This document shows positions 59,721 through 64,000 of a stretch of 64,000 nucleotides of DNA, piece after piece. Numbering within the stretch: the first letter of the stretch is position 1; the number at the start of each line of letters is the position of its first letter. The stretch spans positions 166,741-230,740 of the forward strand of contig CADBXE010000002.1 in the NCBI GenBank assembly GCA_902798595.1, given 5' to 3'. Made by a program: the position numbers and the translations under genes. The DNA is from an uncultured Erysipelotrichaceae bacterium (GTDB lineage Bacteria > Bacillota_I > Bacilli_A > RFN20 > CAG-826). Under the pieces are notes generated by a model. It made no database searches. It was not told where the DNA came from and saw nothing but the letters and a program-made list of their open reading frames with translations.

Positions 59721-60971
59721 TTACTGAAGAAATAGGCTAACGTAATCATCTATTACTTGTTGATAATGCTGAGCTTGTTTTTCGATGTATTTTGGATACG
59801 CTGCCTTGAGGCATTCTTTTTGCTCTAGCATAGATTCAGGAAGAAATTCCCAAATTGGATAGCTTTCAACCTGTCTAATTCGCGTACCAGATTCTACCGA
59901 TGTGCCCTTTCCAAGTTTTGTTACTAAGTTTGGATAGGGAGAAAAATCTATACCTATTGGCACAGAGGCAACTGGGAGGCCAGTGGTACTTGCGTTTTTG
60001 ATCTCGGCATCAATATCTTCTTCATTAACGCCAAGGTATTTATATAACGAGAAATTCGCTTTTGTTTCATATTCCTCATATGTTTTAGATTCGATTCCTG
60101 ACATAAGGGTAGAATCTAATTCGTTTTTAAGAGCGGTTCCATCGACTTCGTTCATATTGCGCTTTTTAGAAGTGAGATAGTATGAAAGGCAAATACTTCT
60201 TCCGTATTCAGTAGCCCAAGCGACATGTGTTCCGTAATAGCTGAATATTCTCAAAAAGTCTTTTTCATTATTGCTTTGATAAGCCTCATTTACATCTAAG
60301 ATAAAGTCTCCGTCTAAATGTTGAGTGTATTCTTCCTTTTCGGTTTCATAGTCACCATAAGAAGAACGGTAACAGGATGCCATTATTTCACAATCATATA
60401 ATAAAATTGTATTGCCACGATATTTCTCTAGCTCAAATCTACGGCCTATAGATGCTTTATAATGATCCAAAGGAAGATCTAGATTTGTAGTGATATTCAT
60501 ATTGTCACCGATAGCGGTATAGTCGTTAATCATCAACGAATTGATTCTAATCACAGGCTTATCATCTTCACCTGAGTAAGCAATTGTACTATTTTTGTTT
60601 TTTACCCAATCATATTCAAAAAGCGATAATCTATTTTCTTGAATACCAAATTTAAAAGGATCGTTTGCGGTTATGTCATATGTTCTTAAATGATCACCAT
60701 TATATGGAGTGGGAAGCATAAAGCTGTCTGCTTCATAGCTATAAGGAGTAACTGTTGCTGGTTTAGAAGAAGTTAATGATGTTTCTACACTTGAACTAGT
60801 GAGGCTGCTACTGGTTGTAGTTTTGTTTTCAGATGAAGTTGATTCTTCATTATTTGAATCAGAATAAGAAATCACCAAAGTATCATGTCCACCTGTAGCG
60901 ACATGTTCAATTGTCCCACAGCTAGTAACGAGTAAAGGTATTACCAATAACAAGCTTTTCTTAAACGACAT
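59721..60971 (-). CDS. Lipoprotein with a putative MACPF domain
   Basis: LLVTSC lipobox, Ser/Thr-rich linker, L..DF...FSYYGTHVAWATEYGR resembling the MACPF signature (Y/W)G(T/S)H(F/Y)x6GG, C-terminal PIWEFL. Confidence 0.6.
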   Translation of the reverse strand: MSFKKSLLLVIPLLVTSCGTIEHVATGGHDTLVISYSDSNNEESTSSENKTTTSSSLTSSSVETSLTSSKPATVTPYSYEADSFMLPTPYNGDHLRTYDITANDPFKFGIQENRLSLFEYDWVKNKNSTIAYSGEDDKPVIRINSLMINDYTAIGDNMNITTNLDLPLDHYKASIGRRFELEKYRGNTILLYDCEIMASCYRSSYGDYETEKEEYTQHLDGDFILDVNEAYQSNNEKDFLRIFSYYGTHVAWATEYGRSICLSYYLTSKKRNMNEVDGTALKNELDSTLMSGIESKTYEEYETKANFSLYKYLGVNEEDIDAEIKNASTTGLPVASVPIGIDFSPYPNLVTKLGKGTSVESGTRIRQVESYPIWEFLPESMLEQKECLKAAYPKYIEKQAQHYQQVIDDYVSLFLQ

Positions 60972-61151
60972 ATTAATCCTCCTTATACTCCGCTACTATG
61001 TAGCATAATGATAAGTGTATAGGTTTTATAAAAGATGTAAATAAAAAATAGAGAATAGTTACTAAACATCATATTTTTTAAGCTTTTGTTACTGTTTTTA
61101 ATCATCTGTGGTGCATTGTCAATCAAGACCATATTGATGTAAGATTATCTC

Positions 61152-62432
61152 GTGGAATTTTTAAACCATTTAAAAACATACCTAACAGATGAACAAATTG
61201 AAGCGTTAAATCGTTCTCTAGAAGGAGAAAGCCAACACGCTCTTCTTTTAAACGAAGAAAAGATGAGCCAGGAAACTTTGCTCAAGATTTACCCATCTTT
61301 AAAAAGACATCCAATTATTCCTAATGCTTTTTTATACAATAAAAACGAGCTCGAATTAGGAAAGAGTGTTTATCATGAATTAGGTTGTTTTTATCTTCAA
61401 GAACCAAGCGCGATGCTTCCAGCCTTTCTTCTCAAACCAAAAGAAGGCGAAATTGTTTTAGATTTATGCGCAGCTCCTGGTGGTAAAAGCATGCAGGCTT
61501 CTTTACTCATGAAGAATACTGGCTTAATTGTCGCTAATGATTTGGCAAGAACACGCGCTTACGCTATCAGTGAGAACGCCGAAAGAATGGGAAGAGGAAA
61601 TCTTCTCATTGTTAATAACGATTTCTCTAGTATTTATCAACACTATTTGAATACATTCGATAGAATTATTTTAGACGCTCCATGCTCTGGATCAGGAATG
61701 TTTAGAAAACAGAGTGAAATGAAAGATGATTGGTCTTACGCTAAAGTCACTAAGTATGCCGAAATCCAAAAAGAGCTAATCTTATATGCTTATAAAATGC
61801 TTAAAGAAGGTGGCGAAATGGTCTATTCAACTTGCTCATTTTCCTATGAAGAAGATGAAGAAGTTGTTGATTATTTATTAAATAACACTGACGCTACTAT
61901 CAAGCAAATAGAGGTTAATCCTTTATACTTTGTTAATCCTAACAAACCATTAGGTATTCATCTCTTGCCTTCTATGTTTCCAGGTGAAGGTCACTACGTC
62001 TGTTTGATTAAAAAGCCAGGCGAACTTAAAGAAACAAATGTGAAACTTTCAAAGAGTAAGCTTTCATTTGAGTTACCAACCAATGGCTACCAAGTAATGC
62101 AAAAGTATGGTGGCTATTTGTATCTCATAAACAAAGAATTTAACTATAAATACTTGAGTATCGTGAGAAACGGTGTCAAAGTGGGACAAGTAGATAAAAA
62201 CGATATTCGCTTTGATTACCACTACGCCCACTTTGTTAACGAGTTTCCAAACATTTTAGAGATTAATCTAGATGAACTTAAAAAATACTATCTTGGTGAA
62301 AGCATTAATAAAAGTGTCTCTAAAGGTTATATTCTTTTAAAATACGAAGGAATCAATGTCGACATCGCTAAAAGCGATGGACGCATCGTTAAAAACCGTT
62401 TGCCCAAAGGATTACGTAAAAAACTATCTTAA
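61152..62432 (+). CDS. rsmF: RsmF/NOL1-NOP2 family RNA m5C methyltransferase
   Basis: YLQEPSAM, LDLCAAPGGKS, DAPCSGSGMFRK, YSTCSF, C-terminal KNRLPKGLR. Confidence 0.88.
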   Translation: MEFLNHLKTYLTDEQIEALNRSLEGESQHALLLNEEKMSQETLLKIYPSLKRHPIIPNAFLYNKNELELGKSVYHELGCFYLQEPSAMLPAFLLKPKEGEIVLDLCAAPGGKSMQASLLMKNTGLIVANDLARTRAYAISENAERMGRGNLLIVNNDFSSIYQHYLNTFDRIILDAPCSGSGMFRKQSEMKDDWSYAKVTKYAEIQKELILYAYKMLKEGGEMVYSTCSFSYEEDEEVVDYLLNNTDATIKQIEVNPLYFVNPNKPLGIHLLPSMFPGEGHYVCLIKKPGELKETNVKLSKSKLSFELPTNGYQVMQKYGGYLYLINKEFNYKYLSIVRNGVKVGQVDKNDIRFDYHYAHFVNEFPNILEINLDELKKYYLGESINKSVSKGYILLKYEGINVDIAKSDGRIVKNRLPKGLRKKLS

Positions 62433-63217
62433 ATAATCATGTTGAAGCGATAGTTCTTTTCTTTCGCTTCGCTCATTGTCTTGTGATCAAGAGGTCTCAA
62501 GTGATATGTGATTTCCTTTTGAATCATCTTTCTGGTAAGCTCTGCTAGATCAGATGTATTCAAATTGGCATATTCTTCTTTTTTGATAGGCTTTAAGAAA
62601 GAAACATAGACTGGATATCTTCTAAACTGTGGTTTCATCTTTAAAACACGATATGTGCCCCAAATGGCAGCGGGTAAAATCGTTGATTCAGATTTAATAG
62701 CTGGTCTAAATGTCCCATGATGGAATTCGCCAACTGGTAATTGTTGGTCATGAATTCTTGTACCTTCTGGGAAAATCATCCAGTTTCTTTCTTTTTTCTT
62801 TAAGTCGTCTTCGACTTGGAGCATCACTTTCAGTGATTGTCTCAAATTATCGCGTTCAATTGTCTTAACATCAAGCGCTTTAATCGCGGTCTTAAGAAGC
62901 GGCACTTTATTAAGCTCATCTTTGCCCACGAATGTGGTTGGAGTAGGAATAGCCACTAAGAAAGGTAATGGATCAAAAGCGGACATATGATTGCTCACTA
63001 AAAAGAATGTTTCATCTTGTGGAATGTTTTCTAAACCAAAGAACTTTAAATCCACCTGCAAAGCATCAGATGTTTGTTTAGAGATTTTTCTAAACTTAGC
63101 GTGACGTAATGGGAATGGATATCTTTCTAAATGTTTTGCCCATCTAGCGAACGTGAAAAGACAGGCCCCTACTAGGCGACCACCAACTCTTAACACGGCT
63201 CTTGAATAATGAAACAT
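62429..63217 (-). CDS. plsC: 1-acyl-sn-glycerol-3-phosphate acyltransferase
   Basis: NHMSAFD (HX4D) and FPEGTR. Confidence 0.88.
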   Translation of the reverse strand: MFHYSRAVLRVGGRLVGACLFTFARWAKHLERYPFPLRHAKFRKISKQTSDALQVDLKFFGLENIPQDETFFLVSNHMSAFDPLPFLVAIPTPTTFVGKDELNKVPLLKTAIKALDVKTIERDNLRQSLKVMLQVEDDLKKKERNWMIFPEGTRIHDQQLPVGEFHHGTFRPAIKSESTILPAAIWGTYRVLKMKPQFRRYPVYVSFLKPIKKEEYANLNTSDLAELTRKMIQKEITYHLRPLDHKTMSEAKEKNYRFNMII

Positions 63218-63222
63218 AAACT

Positions 63223-63513
63223 TTACTTGTTGTGAATTGCGAGATTAGACGGGAAGTGACGCACTTGCTCCGCTAGTACATATAATCCTAATTCAGGATT
63301 GTGTTCGATTCTACCAAAAATGCAAACAAAGTGACCATTAGGTATTTTCGTCAAGGGGTTGCATTTGCTTCTGTCCCAGTACATACATGGGATTTTACTG
63401 ATTGTAACCTTTTCTTCAAAGGCGTCCGTCGTTTCTAAATTAATTAAACGGAATGTTGGATGTTCTGACAAGATATCATCCGCTTGTCCTAGAAGGGACA
63501 CTGTAGAAATCAT
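63223..63513 (-). CDS. Hypothetical small protein, SSB-like OB fold
   Basis: V.LLGQ...IPCMYW...G.FVCIFGRI...YVLAEQV.F pattern; GAAAGGAGG SD before ATG 63513. Confidence 0.5.
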   Translation of the reverse strand: MISTVSLLGQADDILSEHPTFRLINLETTDAFEEKVTISKIPCMYWDRSKCNPLTKIPNGHFVCIFGRIEHNPELGLYVLAEQVRHFPSNLAIHNK

Positions 63514-63540
63514 ATTGATTTCCTCCTTTCTCAAGCATTA

Positions 63541-63999
63541 TTACCTATAGAGAAGTAACAATGACGATCCTGGAAGGAAACTATTCTTAATGTTAATTTT
63601 GTTCTTTAAATCCGCTCCATCGATGACGGTATAGTAATCATCCAATTCAAATGAAATCTTTTCTCCTGTCGGATTGATGAGGATAACAAATTCTTTTTCA
63701 TTACAGACAACGTTTTTCCCCTTACACGATAAAACGTAAATGCCATTATCCCAATGGGATATTTCGAAAAAGCCTTTCATTTCTTGAGCGGTAGTAAGAC
63801 GAGTATAAGCTAGTTTCTTACGCAGGATATTGAATAGGCGGAAACGATTGACCATGTCAAAGCGTTCGTCAATAAGACGGTAGTTGAGATTATTAACCCC
63901 AAGAGTCTTGTAGGTATTGTCTAGTCCATCTTTACTTTGACCAATTTCTTGGCCGGCATGGAAAAAAGGAATACCAAATGATAGAAGAAGAATTTGATT
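63541..63999 (-). CDS. GH13 type I pullulanase-like enzyme, C-terminal fragment (runs off the window end)
   Basis: Hand extension upstream of the listed ORF gives NQILLLSFGIPFFHAGQEIGQSKDGLDNTY...VNNLNY, typical of pullulanases. Confidence 0.8.
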   Translation of the reverse strand, partial: NQILLLSFGIPFFHAGQEIGQSKDGLDNTYKTLGVNNLNYRLIDERFDMVNRFRLFNILRKKLAYTRLTTAQEMKGFFEISHWDNGIYVLSCKGKNVVCNEKEFVILINPTGEKISFELDDYYTVIDGADLKNKINIKNSFLPGSSLLLLYR

Positions 64000-64000
64000 G

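Overview
A 64-kb, AT-rich core-genome segment of a reduced-genome Bacilli-type bacterium. It uses genetic code 11 and looks RF39/RFN20/Erysipelotrichales-like; that placement is inferred from gene content and synteny only. Genes run on + up to about 6.9 kb and mostly on - afterwards, converging on a 28-bp dif-like site (7003-7030), so the window probably spans the replication terminus. Most of the content is housekeeping: nusB-xseAB, dinB-xerD-deoB, yqeGH-yhbY-nadD, parEC, glyQS-dnaG-sigA, hrcA-grpE-dnaK-dnaJ with two CIRCE elements, lepA, comEA/EC, alaS with a T-box, mnmA and pdp. There is one complete tnpB-only IS200/IS605 element. The most notable signals are: (1) a 52-bp element repeated upstream of comEA and of an ATPase-less C39 peptidase membrane protein, which looks like an alternative-sigma promoter fused to an SD-sequestering hairpin; (2) DnaA boxes directly beside dif, plus a second copy of the dif XerD arm overlapping the -35 of the xerD operon; (3) a MACPF-signature lipoprotein; (4) an IS insertion that rebuilds the host stop codon; (5) small frameshifting deletions in efp and rpmG; (6) a pseudo-Fic-HTH protein; and (7) about 10 apparently leaderless genes. 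All of this was read by eye; no searches were run.
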